Shown here: positions 19,197-28,359 of the stretch, in pieces
How positions within the stretch are numbered: position 1 is the stretch's first letter
Layout of the letters: each line of letters opens with the position of its first letter
NCBI GenBank assembly: GCA_964445575.1
Contig: CAYULB010000003.1
Coordinates: 12,343 to 76,342, forward strand
Length of the DNA: 64,000 nt
Direction: 5' to 3'
DNA from: an uncultured Eubacteriales bacterium
Lineage (GTDB): Bacteria > Acidobacteriota > Aminicenantia > Aminicenantales > Aminicenantaceae
Position numbers and translations under genes: made by a program
The notes under the pieces: generated by a model
Told to the model about the DNA's origin: nothing
Databases searched by the model: none
What the model saw: only the letters and a program-made list of their open reading frames with translations

Positions 19197-19523
19197 GCTG
19201 TTCAAAGCAAACCAAATATAGTTCTGGGACTTGCCACAGGAAACACCATGTTGGGTATCTATGAAAAAATTGTCCGGGCTTACCAAAATGGTATGGTGGA
19301 CTTTCAAAAAGTCAGAACATTCAACTTAGATGAATACCTGGGATTTGACACCCAAGACCCCATAACATTTCATTCATATATGAATAAAACTCTATTTTCA
19401 AAAATAAATATAAATCCCAAGAATACTCATATACCTCCCTCCATGCCCAAAAACATTGAAAGCGCTTCCCATTCTGTAGCTTCTCTTTCTATTCAGCCCC
19501 TCATGAAATTCAGGTGTAGCTGA
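19197..19523 (+). pseudogene. nagB: Glucosamine-6-phosphate deaminase (NagB) internal fragment
   Basis: VLGLATGNTMLGIYEKIV...VRTFNLDEYLG...FHSYMNKTLFSKININPKNTHIP aligns to NagB residues ~35-105. Lacks the N-terminal ~35 and C-terminal ~160 residues. Confidence 0.7.
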
Positions 19524-19544
19524 AGCGGCATTGAATAGGCCAGG

Positions 19545-20204
19545 CTAAATATTAAAACAGTATAAGATCCCCACGCCAAATTCAAACCCCCCTATGTTTA
19601 CTTTGAAGGTGTTTTCCTTAGCCACAGCTCTTGAAAATCTCAACATGGCTCTTATTTTAATAAATTCAAACAAAGGGAGACGGTAATAGGCCCCGCCTTC
19701 TAGATGAATCCCTGGGGTCATCCCCGAAGCATTCTCTATGCTGCTCTTTTCTTTATAAAAAAACAAATCAATCCCCGCTCCTATGTAAGGACCAAAATCA
19801 CCTTTATTAACTATATATTTTCCAGTCAAAGATACAGGAGTCATTGAAAAAAAAGTGTTCTTATGGGTTATCGTTGAATGTCCTGATTTTGAAAAGCTTC
19901 TTACCTCAAGAGTCACGCCCAGTGAATTATTCTTATTTGAATCTAAAATATGTGATGCTTCGATTCCGGCAACTGTGCCTTTATTTCCAAAAATCTCCTT
20001 AAATCGGTCTGAAGCAACTCTAAAATTTCCTAAGGTAAACCCCGCCATGGTGTTTCCTGAATTCACGGGACTTATCTCTTTTGACAAGTCATCTTCTTGA
20101 AAAGCCGTTACATAGGAAACCAAGAGAAATATCATTGCTGCGGTTAAAAACAAACATAAAATTCTTTTCATTTGACAGAACCCACCACCACAATATTTGA
20201 ACAA
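19545..20204 (-). CDS. Putative outer-membrane beta-barrel protein (OmpW/OmpA-like)
   Basis: Signal peptide plus alternating amphipathic beta-strand pattern. 219 aa. Overlaps upstream gene by 37 nt. Confidence 0.45.
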   Translation of the reverse strand: MFKYCGGGFCQMKRILCLFLTAAMIFLLVSYVTAFQEDDLSKEISPVNSGNTMAGFTLGNFRVASDRFKEIFGNKGTVAGIEASHILDSNKNNSLGVTLEVRSFSKSGHSTITHKNTFFSMTPVSLTGKYIVNKGDFGPYIGAGIDLFFYKEKSSIENASGMTPGIHLEGGAYYRLPLFEFIKIRAMLRFSRAVAKENTFKVNIGGFEFGVGILYCFNI

Positions 20205-22240
20205 GGTCCTTCCACATCATCCCTTCTTACCAAACTCACTGCATAACAGTAGTCCTCTTCCGGATTTATGTCAGTATCAAAATATTGTTTATAATTAACC
20301 ATCACAGAAACAGCAAGAAACTGGATCTCCTTAAACTCGGTCATAGGAGCTGAATGTTTTTTCCTATAGACTTTATATCCTTTATAAATATTCGCATTGG
20401 TCAGTTTTGTGCTTTCCTTCCATTTGATCAGATTTCCTGACTCAGAATTAAAGAGAACTTCATCATTAGCTCTTCTTGCTTCTGTTATGACAGGAGGAAA
20501 CGGGAAGTCTTTAATTTCTTCAAACCACTTTTGCGCCATAAATTCATATCCCTCCTCATTTGGATGGAGCCTGTCTTGGCTTAAAAGAGACCTCCAGTCC
20601 TGTTCTCCTTCCTCAAAATAGAAAAACTCATAAAACATATCTAAAAAGGGAATTCTCAATCTTCCTGGAATCTCTCTTATCTTGCTGTTCAAAGAATACA
20701 ATCTCTGCTTGTAATAAGGAAGATACCACCATAAGTCATCTCTGGGAAGGATAGTGGATATAAGAGGAAGGACACCGGATTCTAAGCTGATTTTTGCCAT
20801 TTCTTCCAGATTGAAAGCAGCTGTATCCATAGAGATGCTGTTGGTGACAACGTCATTGGTGCCTTCCATCAACAAAAGATACCTACCTGAGCATTCTGAT
20901 AAAACATCACTGATTCGACTCAGCCCCCCCACAGTTTTTTCCCCAGGATTTCCCTGATTTATCACCTCTGATTCTCCATAAGTGGAATCCAGAATTTTTT
21001 CCAATCGGGGCACATAGCCCTTATCTGGAGCCGGTTCTGAATCTATATAACCGTAAGTGATGCTGTCTCCAAATCCAATATATCTATCATCAGAAAGTGT
21101 GGGGTTGATCAGGATTTCCTTTCTTATCTTTTCCCACTCATCTTTTCTGTCTCCTATTAAATCGCTGAAGTAGAATCTTTCAGAATATAAGCCCTTTTCA
21201 GACTCCCAGACCAATCCTATTTGTCCTCCCTCAGTAACTACCCTTGGGGAAATGAGAAATTGCTGAAAATTTCCTGTTAAACGGATTTCTTGAGACCATT
21301 CGCTTTGGTGGTGATATTTACAGAAAATTGCGTTTTGTTTACCATCAGAGCGGCTCCAGACAATAATGGGGATGTCGTTCCATACTAGACCAATATCCGG
21401 AAATGTATCCGTGTATAAATTGTCGGTTATTTTTTCTTCTTCACTCCATCCTGATAAAGTCCAGAAGCACGAATAGATCTCATAATCTTTCCCATCATAA
21501 GCAGACCACACCAGCCACGGAAATCCATTTGGTCCGGTTTCAGCGCTCAAAAGTGTATGAGGAAAATCATTATTCTTGTTTACTCTTTCTGGTTTTGACC
21601 AGCTCATTCCATCAAATGAGCTGTAAAAAACTTCTTCTCTCCCCTCTTTCACTCCTGTCCAGAATAACCATACCTTATCTTGAATATCGGCCAATATCTT
21701 CGGTGCCTGGATTTCAGAAAAAAAATAAGGATCAAAAATCCAGGACTTCTCTGAATGTTCATTCTTAACCATCAAAAAATTTTCAGAATTTATATGAATA
21801 ACCCAGACTGCCCATAAATTATTTAGCCCATCAAAACAAATATCAGGCGAATGGATGTGCCCTTCTCCTCTATGAAAAACACGGCTTTCCGATAATCCTG
21901 AACTTTTAACAGTCCCCAAAAAAACCTCTGATTCTTCTTCACGGTTGGCTGCCCATAGAATATGAACCTCTCCCTTTTTGTCTCTATCTAAAACCGGAGC
22001 ACAAAATCCCTCGCATTGAAATACATTCTGGATTTCTATTTCTTCCCCCCCTATCTTATACTTTGCCAAATTAATTCTATTTTCACCTTCTTTATAAAAG
22101 AACTGGAGCTCTCCCTGGGCATTCATAAATGGAAAAGCAGTTTTCCCCCCTAAAAGGACGGGTTTATCCCCTCCCATAAGGGGAAAAACAAAAAAGCAGA
22201 TTAGACAACTCAATTGAGTGACAATTGATTTCATTTTCAT
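20168..22240 (-). CDS. Secreted SGNH/GDSL hydrolase fused to BNR (Asp-box) beta-propeller and C-terminal Fn3-like domain
   Basis: GDSL block IGFGDSITYGY. Asp-boxes SFDGMSWSKP and WSRSDGKQ. Signal peptide. No sialidase RIP motif seen. Confidence 0.65.
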   Translation of the reverse strand: MKMKSIVTQLSCLICFFVFPLMGGDKPVLLGGKTAFPFMNAQGELQFFYKEGENRINLAKYKIGGEEIEIQNVFQCEGFCAPVLDRDKKGEVHILWAANREEESEVFLGTVKSSGLSESRVFHRGEGHIHSPDICFDGLNNLWAVWVIHINSENFLMVKNEHSEKSWIFDPYFFSEIQAPKILADIQDKVWLFWTGVKEGREEVFYSSFDGMSWSKPERVNKNNDFPHTLLSAETGPNGFPWLVWSAYDGKDYEIYSCFWTLSGWSEEEKITDNLYTDTFPDIGLVWNDIPIIVWSRSDGKQNAIFCKYHHQSEWSQEIRLTGNFQQFLISPRVVTEGGQIGLVWESEKGLYSERFYFSDLIGDRKDEWEKIRKEILINPTLSDDRYIGFGDSITYGYIDSEPAPDKGYVPRLEKILDSTYGESEVINQGNPGEKTVGGLSRISDVLSECSGRYLLLMEGTNDVVTNSISMDTAAFNLEEMAKISLESGVLPLISTILPRDDLWWYLPYYKQRLYSLNSKIREIPGRLRIPFLDMFYEFFYFEEGEQDWRSLLSQDRLHPNEEGYEFMAQKWFEEIKDFPFPPVITEARRANDEVLFNSESGNLIKWKESTKLTNANIYKGYKVYRKKHSAPMTEFKEIQFLAVSVMVNYKQYFDTDINPEEDYCYAVSLVRRDDVEGPCSNIVVVGSVK

Positions 22241-22265
22241 GTTCTTCTTTTTTTTTAATTTTCAA

Positions 22266-23222
22266 TCATTTCCAATCCGGATACACATCATTTCCAGGCG
22301 AATCAAAAAGAAAATAAATTTCTCCTGTTTTAACTTTGACTATCATGAGTTTGCCAATATGGTCATGCTTAAGCGAAGAATTGAAAACAATGAATTTCCC
22401 ATCTGGGGACCAGGAAGGAAAGTAGTCATAGGTATCATCCCTTTTTGTTAATCGCGTCTTTTGACTTCCGTCCGGATTCATAAGCCAAATATCTCCTTTT
22501 CCATCTGCTTTGGAAGAAACATAAGCGATTTTCTTGCCATCGGGGGAAAATCGTCCCCTGCAGCTCTTTCCTCCTTCCTCCAGAAACTCAGCCTCCTTTC
22601 TCTCAAAATCATAGAGAGCAACATCCCAGCCCAAAGTCCTTTTTCCTGTGAATGTCACTAAAGAAGAATCAGGAGAGATCCAAGGGATGATATGGGTTCT
22701 GTTGTAATCTGTAATTATTTTTTTATTCCTTTTGGTGTGAATATCTATCATAAAAATGTAATCTCTACTCCGAAAAGCGCCCCCCATGTTTTTGGTATAA
22801 GCTATGGTTTTATTATCAGGGAACCAAGCCGGAGTCTCTTCTTTGTTAGAAGAAGAAGTTATTTGTTCAATATTTGATCCATCAGCATCCATGATAAAAA
22901 TATCATAATTCCCCTTTGCATTTGATGAAAAGGCGATTTTCTTTCTATCTGGAGACCATACCGGATACTCATCCTGCCAAGTGTTATCTGTCAGTTTCTT
23001 CACTCCATCCATAGAAACCATGTATATTTCATTGTCTCCGTCAAGGTCAGACTGAAATATAATTTTTCCCTTTATGTCTATCTCAGGATGGAAAAATCTT
23101 CCTGCAGCTTTTTCTATAGGTCTTTGCTCCTTAATCTCATCTTCTCCAGAACACATGAAAAAAAACAAAAAGCAAAAGAATAAGAAGAGTAAGATAAGTA
23201 TGAGTTTCAAATTTTTGATCAT
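22266..23222 (-). CDS. Periplasmic PD40/TolB-like beta-propeller repeat protein
   Basis: WSPDRKKIAFSSNAKGNYDIFIM, FSPDGKKIAYVS, WSPDGKFIVF PD40 repeats. Signal peptide. Confidence 0.7.
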   Translation of the reverse strand: MIKNLKLILILLFLFFCFLFFFMCSGEDEIKEQRPIEKAAGRFFHPEIDIKGKIIFQSDLDGDNEIYMVSMDGVKKLTDNTWQDEYPVWSPDRKKIAFSSNAKGNYDIFIMDADGSNIEQITSSSNKEETPAWFPDNKTIAYTKNMGGAFRSRDYIFMIDIHTKRNKKIITDYNRTHIIPWISPDSSLVTFTGKRTLGWDVALYDFERKEAEFLEEGGKSCRGRFSPDGKKIAYVSSKADGKGDIWLMNPDGSQKTRLTKRDDTYDYFPSWSPDGKFIVFNSSLKHDHIGKLMIVKVKTGEIYFLFDSPGNDVYPDWK

Positions 23223-23364
23223 GATCTATTTTCTCCCATAATCATTATTTTCTTTTTAAAACAGGATTAAAATCCTATCACGGCCTCTAGACCAAGTCAA
23301 TCTTCAACCCCGTGGTTCTGTTCCTAAGAACTGTGATTTAAGTTCTATTTTCCGCTATGATAGA

Positions 23365-24291
23365 ATGAGAAACGAAATGAAAAAGAAGCTGTTCTATTTT
23401 CTTCCTTACATAGGTTTATCCAGTCTGGTTTTATCCAGCTTTCTCCTTTACGTTAAAGTTCCTTTTATGAAGACCTGGTTTTACAGCTGTGGATGGTGGT
23501 CTATCATCCTCTTAATGGACGGAATCAATTTCAGGCTCCAAGGATCTTCTTTTCTTTCCCGCTCTCACAAATTATTCTCAGCTTCTGCCCTTTTATCTGT
23601 ACCGGTTTGGCTGGTGTTTGAACTTTTCAATATATCATTACAAAACTGGAGGTACCTCAACCTGCCTGACTGTATCATTGAAAGGTGGGCAGGATATTTT
23701 ATAGCCTTTGCCACGGTTATTCCTGCCCTGGTCGAACTCTCCGAGTTCTTTAAGGGAATTCTCCCTAAAAAAAATCTCTCTCTCTTCCAGGTAAAAACAG
23801 GCTCTGCTTTGCTCACTGTATTTTTTTTAATGGGGATTGCCTTTCTTGTACTCCCCCTTGTTTTTCCTGCATACTTTTTCCCTCTGGTATGGCTGTGCTT
23901 TATTTTTATACTGGAACCCGTTAACTATAAACTGAACCTCCCCTCTATTCTTAAAAAATTTGAAACCGGCAGATGGAATGATTTTTGGTGCTGGTGTTTA
24001 TCAGGATTGACCGCCGGCTTTATCTGGGAATTTTTAAACTTCTATGCGGGAAGCAAATGGGAATATTCCATCCCTTATTTTGATTTTGCTTATATTTTTG
24101 AAATGCCTCTTCTGGGTTACTTTGGATTCATTCCCTTTGCCCTTGAAATTTTCGCGATTTTCCAGCTGTTTCTCTGGATTAGGAAAAAGCTCTCCCGTAA
24201 AGTCACCCTCAGATATTTCATCACTGCAGCTGGATTTATTTTTAACTTCATTATGTTTTACCTCATAGATGTTCACACATCCCACTTCTAA
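23365..24291 (+). CDS. Polytopic integral membrane protein, unknown function
   Basis: 308 aa, about 8 hydrophobic helices, Trp/Phe rich. No motif recognised. Confidence 0.4.
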   Translation: MRNEMKKKLFYFLPYIGLSSLVLSSFLLYVKVPFMKTWFYSCGWWSIILLMDGINFRLQGSSFLSRSHKLFSASALLSVPVWLVFELFNISLQNWRYLNLPDCIIERWAGYFIAFATVIPALVELSEFFKGILPKKNLSLFQVKTGSALLTVFFLMGIAFLVLPLVFPAYFFPLVWLCFIFILEPVNYKLNLPSILKKFETGRWNDFWCWCLSGLTAGFIWEFLNFYAGSKWEYSIPYFDFAYIFEMPLLGYFGFIPFALEIFAIFQLFLWIRKKLSRKVTLRYFITAAGFIFNFIMFYLIDVHTSHF

Positions 24292-24366
24292 CTTGGACTA
24301 TTCAAAATTCAAGGTAATGAAAAACCATCTACCATTTACTTTTTTTTACGGACCGGATGAATTACC

Positions 24367-26322
24367 CTAAATGGTCTCTTTCAGTAATTCATCAAGACTA
24401 GACTTTTTTTTCTCCCAAATACTGTAGAGTTCTTTCAATTCTTTCTCGATCTGCCCCAGCTCTTTTTGAAGAGAAACCACGTACCTGCCATTTCTATGGG
24501 TTTCTGTGAGACAAAAAATATCTTCTATTTCTTTCTTGCGCTCTTCCAGATTTTCAATTCTCTCTTCTAAGTTAGATATTTCTGTTTCAAGCTGATTTCT
24601 TTCTCTGCTTATTTCCTGTCTCTTTTCAGCTTCTATCCTTTTTTGCTCTTTTGTTTTTCTTTTTGATCTGCTGGCTTTATTCTTTTCCTCCTGATCCTCT
24701 GGAGCTGCTGAGTAAAATGACTCAGATAAGGAAGTCCTTTTTTCTAGATAATAAGAGTAATCTCCCACATACTCATTTATTTTTTTATCTTTTATTTCAA
24801 CCACCCTTGTTACCAGCTTATCAAGAAAATATCTATCGTGAGAAATCACCATTAAAGTCCCTGGGTAGCTTTTTAAAGCTTCTTCCAGAGCCTCCAATGA
24901 TGAAGGGTCCAAATGGTTAGTGGGCTCATCCATGATTAAAAAATTTACCTCAGATAAAAGCAATTTCACAAGCGAAACCCTTGCTTTTTCTCCTCCTGAA
25001 AGAACACTTATCTTTTTCTCTATATCATCTCCCCGAAATTGGAAAATGCCCAAAGCTTCTCTTATCCTGGGTATATTTTCTGCCGATACTGAGCGGACCA
25101 CTTCTTCGAAAACACTGGCTTTAAGGTCCAATTCAAAAGCCTGCTGCTGAGCATAATAACCGATTTTTGTTCTTTTACCCCATTCTATAGTTCCTTTTTG
25201 GGGGTTTAACTTCCCTGCGATCAAACGGGCCAGGGTAGTTTTTCCAGCCCCATTCTCTCCTACTAAGGCTATTTTATCCCCCCGGCACACATGTAAATTT
25301 ACATCCTCGAGCACCCAGTCTTGGTCATATTTAAAGAAGAGGTTCTTGATAATCAATACATCTTTATAGCTTTTCTCTCCTATTCTTAAATCAAAACTCA
25401 GCTTATTTTCCTCTGATGGGATTTCAATTTTTTCCATTTTTTTTAAGTGTTTGATACGGCTTTGGACTTGAGCTGCTCTGTCTTTCTTGTATCTGTACTT
25501 TCGGATAAATTCTTCCTGTCTCCTTATTTCTGATTGTTGATTCTCCCACTTCTTTCTCAATTGTTCTTCTCTTTTTTTCTTTTCTTTCTCATAATAACTG
25601 TAATTTCCAGCGTAATAATCAAGCTGTCCTCGATTCAATTCATAAATATTCTCAGCCAACCGGTCTATAAAGAACCGGTCATGAGAAACAATGACCAGGG
25701 TGCCCGAAAAATCAAGCAAATACTGTTCAAGCCACTCCAAAGAAGGCAGGTCCAGATGATTGGTGGGCTCATCCAAAAGGAGGAGGTCGGGATTCTGAAT
25801 AAGGATACGGGCCAGATGAACTCTCATTTGCCATCCCCCGCTGAATTCAGAAAGATGCCTTTCAAAATGCCTTTCTTTAAAACCAAGACCTGAAAGCACA
25901 GCTTTGGCCTGGCTCTCTAATTTATATCCTCCCAGAGCTTCGAAACTCTGCTCACACTCACCTAATTGTTTTAATGAATGTTCATTTGGTTGGGATTGTG
26001 AATCCAGTTTGTTGTGCAGCTCTTTGATTTTTTCCCCTAAAAAATACACCTCTTTTCGTGCTTTTATGACTGAATCCAAAAGAATGCCTCCCTCGATATC
26101 GATTTCTTCCTGGGGGAGACATCCGATATTATATTTTTTAGGTTTTATAATGCGGCCTTTATCAGGCTTTATTTCGCTGTTTATTATTTTCAATAAAGTT
26201 GTTTTTCCACTCCCATTAGGGCCTATCAAAGCATTTCTTTTCCCTCGAGGAATAGACCAATCGACTCCCTTCAGAAGCTTTAAATCTCCGATAGAATAAT
26301 GAATATCTTTAACCTGAAGCAT
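24367..26322 (-). CDS. ABC-F family ATPase (Uup/YheS-like, two ABC domains, C-terminal coiled coil)
   Basis: Two Walker A (GPNGSGKTT; GENGAGKTT). Two signature motifs (LSGGWQMR; LSGGEKAR). Linker and basic/coiled-coil tail. No TMD. Confidence 0.9.
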   Translation of the reverse strand: MLQVKDIHYSIGDLKLLKGVDWSIPRGKRNALIGPNGSGKTTLLKIINSEIKPDKGRIIKPKKYNIGCLPQEEIDIEGGILLDSVIKARKEVYFLGEKIKELHNKLDSQSQPNEHSLKQLGECEQSFEALGGYKLESQAKAVLSGLGFKERHFERHLSEFSGGWQMRVHLARILIQNPDLLLLDEPTNHLDLPSLEWLEQYLLDFSGTLVIVSHDRFFIDRLAENIYELNRGQLDYYAGNYSYYEKEKKKREEQLRKKWENQQSEIRRQEEFIRKYRYKKDRAAQVQSRIKHLKKMEKIEIPSEENKLSFDLRIGEKSYKDVLIIKNLFFKYDQDWVLEDVNLHVCRGDKIALVGENGAGKTTLARLIAGKLNPQKGTIEWGKRTKIGYYAQQQAFELDLKASVFEEVVRSVSAENIPRIREALGIFQFRGDDIEKKISVLSGGEKARVSLVKLLLSEVNFLIMDEPTNHLDPSSLEALEEALKSYPGTLMVISHDRYFLDKLVTRVVEIKDKKINEYVGDYSYYLEKRTSLSESFYSAAPEDQEEKNKASRSKRKTKEQKRIEAEKRQEISRERNQLETEISNLEERIENLEERKKEIEDIFCLTETHRNGRYVVSLQKELGQIEKELKELYSIWEKKKSSLDELLKETI

Positions 26323-26424
26323 AATCCATTTTCCTCTTTATATTCTTCATACAATCTAGCAAATATGCAGTTTATTGAAAAGAGTTAATTAAAAAGGAGG
26401 AAATTCATATCAGCTGGCCTATTA

Positions 26425-26550
26425 GGTAAAAAAATGGCGATTAAAATGAAAAATAAAAACAAAAGTAATGTTCAGATAAATGTTCTTGAAAAAGTCTTGC
26501 ATATCGCAAAGAAGAGAATAATAATGAGGGCATCGCCATTTTTTGATGGT
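26425..26550. repeat. ~125-bp intergenic element, copy 1, bounded by perfect 13-bp inverted repeats (AAAAAATGGCGAT...ATCGCCATTTTTT)
   Basis: Inverted repeats at 26429-26441 and 26532-26544. Interior ~75% identical to 53322-53445. Confidence 0.55.
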
Positions 26551-26596
26551 CAGTCCATGTTCACATGGATTATTCATGAGTCAAGGAGATTAAAAT

Positions 26597-27751
26597 ATGA
26601 CCAGAAAATTCAAAAACATTGAAACAAAAATCATCCACTCTGGAGACCCCAAGCCGCCTATAGAGGGAGCGGTGTGCATTCCTATTTTCCAGAGCTCTAC
26701 CTATGAATACAGGGATAAGGATAAGGATTCTGAAGTCAAATACATTCGATTGAGCAACACGCCCAATCATAAAGCCCTACATGAAAAACTGGCTGCTCTT
26801 GAAAACGCTGAGGCATCCTTAGTGACCGCAAGTGGAATGGCAGCCATAGCCACTACATTGTTAACCGTACTTTCTCCCGGCAAACATTTTTTAGCACTGG
26901 ATTGTTTATACGGAGGCACCAAGGGACTTATCAACAACCTTTTAAAAAAGCTTCATATAAGCCATGACCTTATAGATGGGAATAATCCTGATACCTGGGA
27001 GTCTCAATTAAAGCCTGAAACCAAAGCCATATATGTGGAGACCATCACCAATCCCCTTCTCCAGGTCCCAGACCTTAAATCCGTGGTTAAGTTTGCTCGA
27101 AACAATAATCTTGTTTCCATCATAGACAATACCTTTGCCTCTCCCATCAACTTCCGTCCTCCTGAACTCGGGTTTGACCTTTCCCTGCACAGCTGCACAA
27201 AGTATTTAAACGGACATTCCGATATTGTAGGAGGAGCCGTGATAGGAAAAGCTGGGATTATCAATAAAATAACAGAGAATTTAAAACATCTGGGAAGCCC
27301 CATGGATCCCCATGTATGTTTTCTCCTTTTCAGGGGAATCAAAACCCTGGCTTTAAGGGTAAGGTTCCAAAACTCAAGCTCATTAAAAATCGCGAGTTTT
27401 CTGGAATCTCATGACAAGGTCAAAAAAGTTAACTACCCAGGTCTTAAAAACCATGCCCAGCACAATTTAGCAAAAGATCTATTGGATGGATTTGGAGGAA
27501 TGATCAGTTTTGAATTAAAAGGAGGCCTTAAAGCCGCCGAACAATTCATGGATCGCGTAAAGCTGGCTTATATTGCCCCCAGTTTAGGAGGAGTTGAAAC
27601 CCTTATAACCAGACCTGTGCTGACTTCCCACAGAGGACTTTCTCCAGAAGATAAAATTAAATCAGGCATAACAGATTCGTTGATAAGAGTGTCTGTGGGA
27701 ATTGAAAACCCAGAAGATATTATCTCTGATTTTAATCAGGCTTTAGGGTAA
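26597..27751 (+). CDS. PLP-dependent Cys/Met-metabolism enzyme (cystathionine gamma-synthase/beta-lyase / methionine gamma-lyase family)
   Basis: 384 aa. SCTKYLNGHSDIVGG PLP-lysine region. Family-typical length. AAGGAG RBS. Confidence 0.85.
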   Translation: MTRKFKNIETKIIHSGDPKPPIEGAVCIPIFQSSTYEYRDKDKDSEVKYIRLSNTPNHKALHEKLAALENAEASLVTASGMAAIATTLLTVLSPGKHFLALDCLYGGTKGLINNLLKKLHISHDLIDGNNPDTWESQLKPETKAIYVETITNPLLQVPDLKSVVKFARNNNLVSIIDNTFASPINFRPPELGFDLSLHSCTKYLNGHSDIVGGAVIGKAGIINKITENLKHLGSPMDPHVCFLLFRGIKTLALRVRFQNSSSLKIASFLESHDKVKKVNYPGLKNHAQHNLAKDLLDGFGGMISFELKGGLKAAEQFMDRVKLAYIAPSLGGVETLITRPVLTSHRGLSPEDKIKSGITDSLIRVSVGIENPEDIISDFNQALG

Positions 27752-27796
27752 TAAGGCCTTTCTAAATTCCTATCTTAAGAGACCTATAAATATTAC

Positions 27797-28328
27797 ATCG
27801 ACTTTGCTTCCGAGTTCGGACTGGAATACATCATTCTGGATGAAGGCTGGTCAAAAACGACACACATTGTCACGGAACCCAATCCTGATATCAACATCAG
27901 GGAACTTATTTCGTACGGAAAAGAAAAGGGGGTGGGTCTTATCTTATGGCTTTTGTGACACACTATCCAATTATTATAAAGAAAGAGAATGCACTGAATT
28001 CATCTCAAATATTCCAGTGATATGGGACGAAACCATAGTTCTGAAAGCTGATATTTCAGAATACATTTTGCTGACTAGAAGAAAGGATGAGAATTGGTAT
28101 GTGGGAGCTCTCACCAACTGGACTCCCCGCAATTTTGAGCTCAATCTCTCTTTCCTGGATGATGGAGCTTACAGCGCAGTCATCATGAAGGATGGAATCA
28201 ATGCTCATAAACACGCTCAAGATTACCAAAAGACCGAAAAAGAAGTGACCGCCACAAGCTCTCTCAACATAAAAATGGCTCCCGGAGGAGGCTGGGCTGC
28301 CCTATTGACCAAAAAGCAAGAGAACTGA
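27797..28328 (+). pseudogene. Glycoside hydrolase family 97 (SusB-like alpha-glucosidase) remnant with internal deletion/frameshift
   Basis: Frame A (27797-27958): IDFASEFGLEYIILDEGWS...GKEKGVGLILW (GH97 catalytic barrel) then stop. Frame B (to 28328): EYILLTRRKDENWYVGALTNWTPRNFELNLSFLDDGAYSAVIMKDGINA (GH97 C-terminal domain). About 450 of ~650 aa missing. Confidence 0.65.
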
Positions 28329-28359
28329 TTTATAATTATTGAGGATTGAAGCATTCCCA

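Noticed and set aside
18927-19307. 126-aa minus-strand ORF covering the GH38/nagB remnant region
   Set aside because: It lies antisense to recognisable NagB-homologous coding sequence and has no motif. It is a likely shadow ORF.
26434-26622. 62-aa ORF (MAIKMKNKNK…) as a leader peptide or real small protein inside the repeated element
   Set aside because: The homologous copy at 53.3 kb has ATA instead of ATG and diverges in frame, so conservation is at the nucleotide level, not the protein level.
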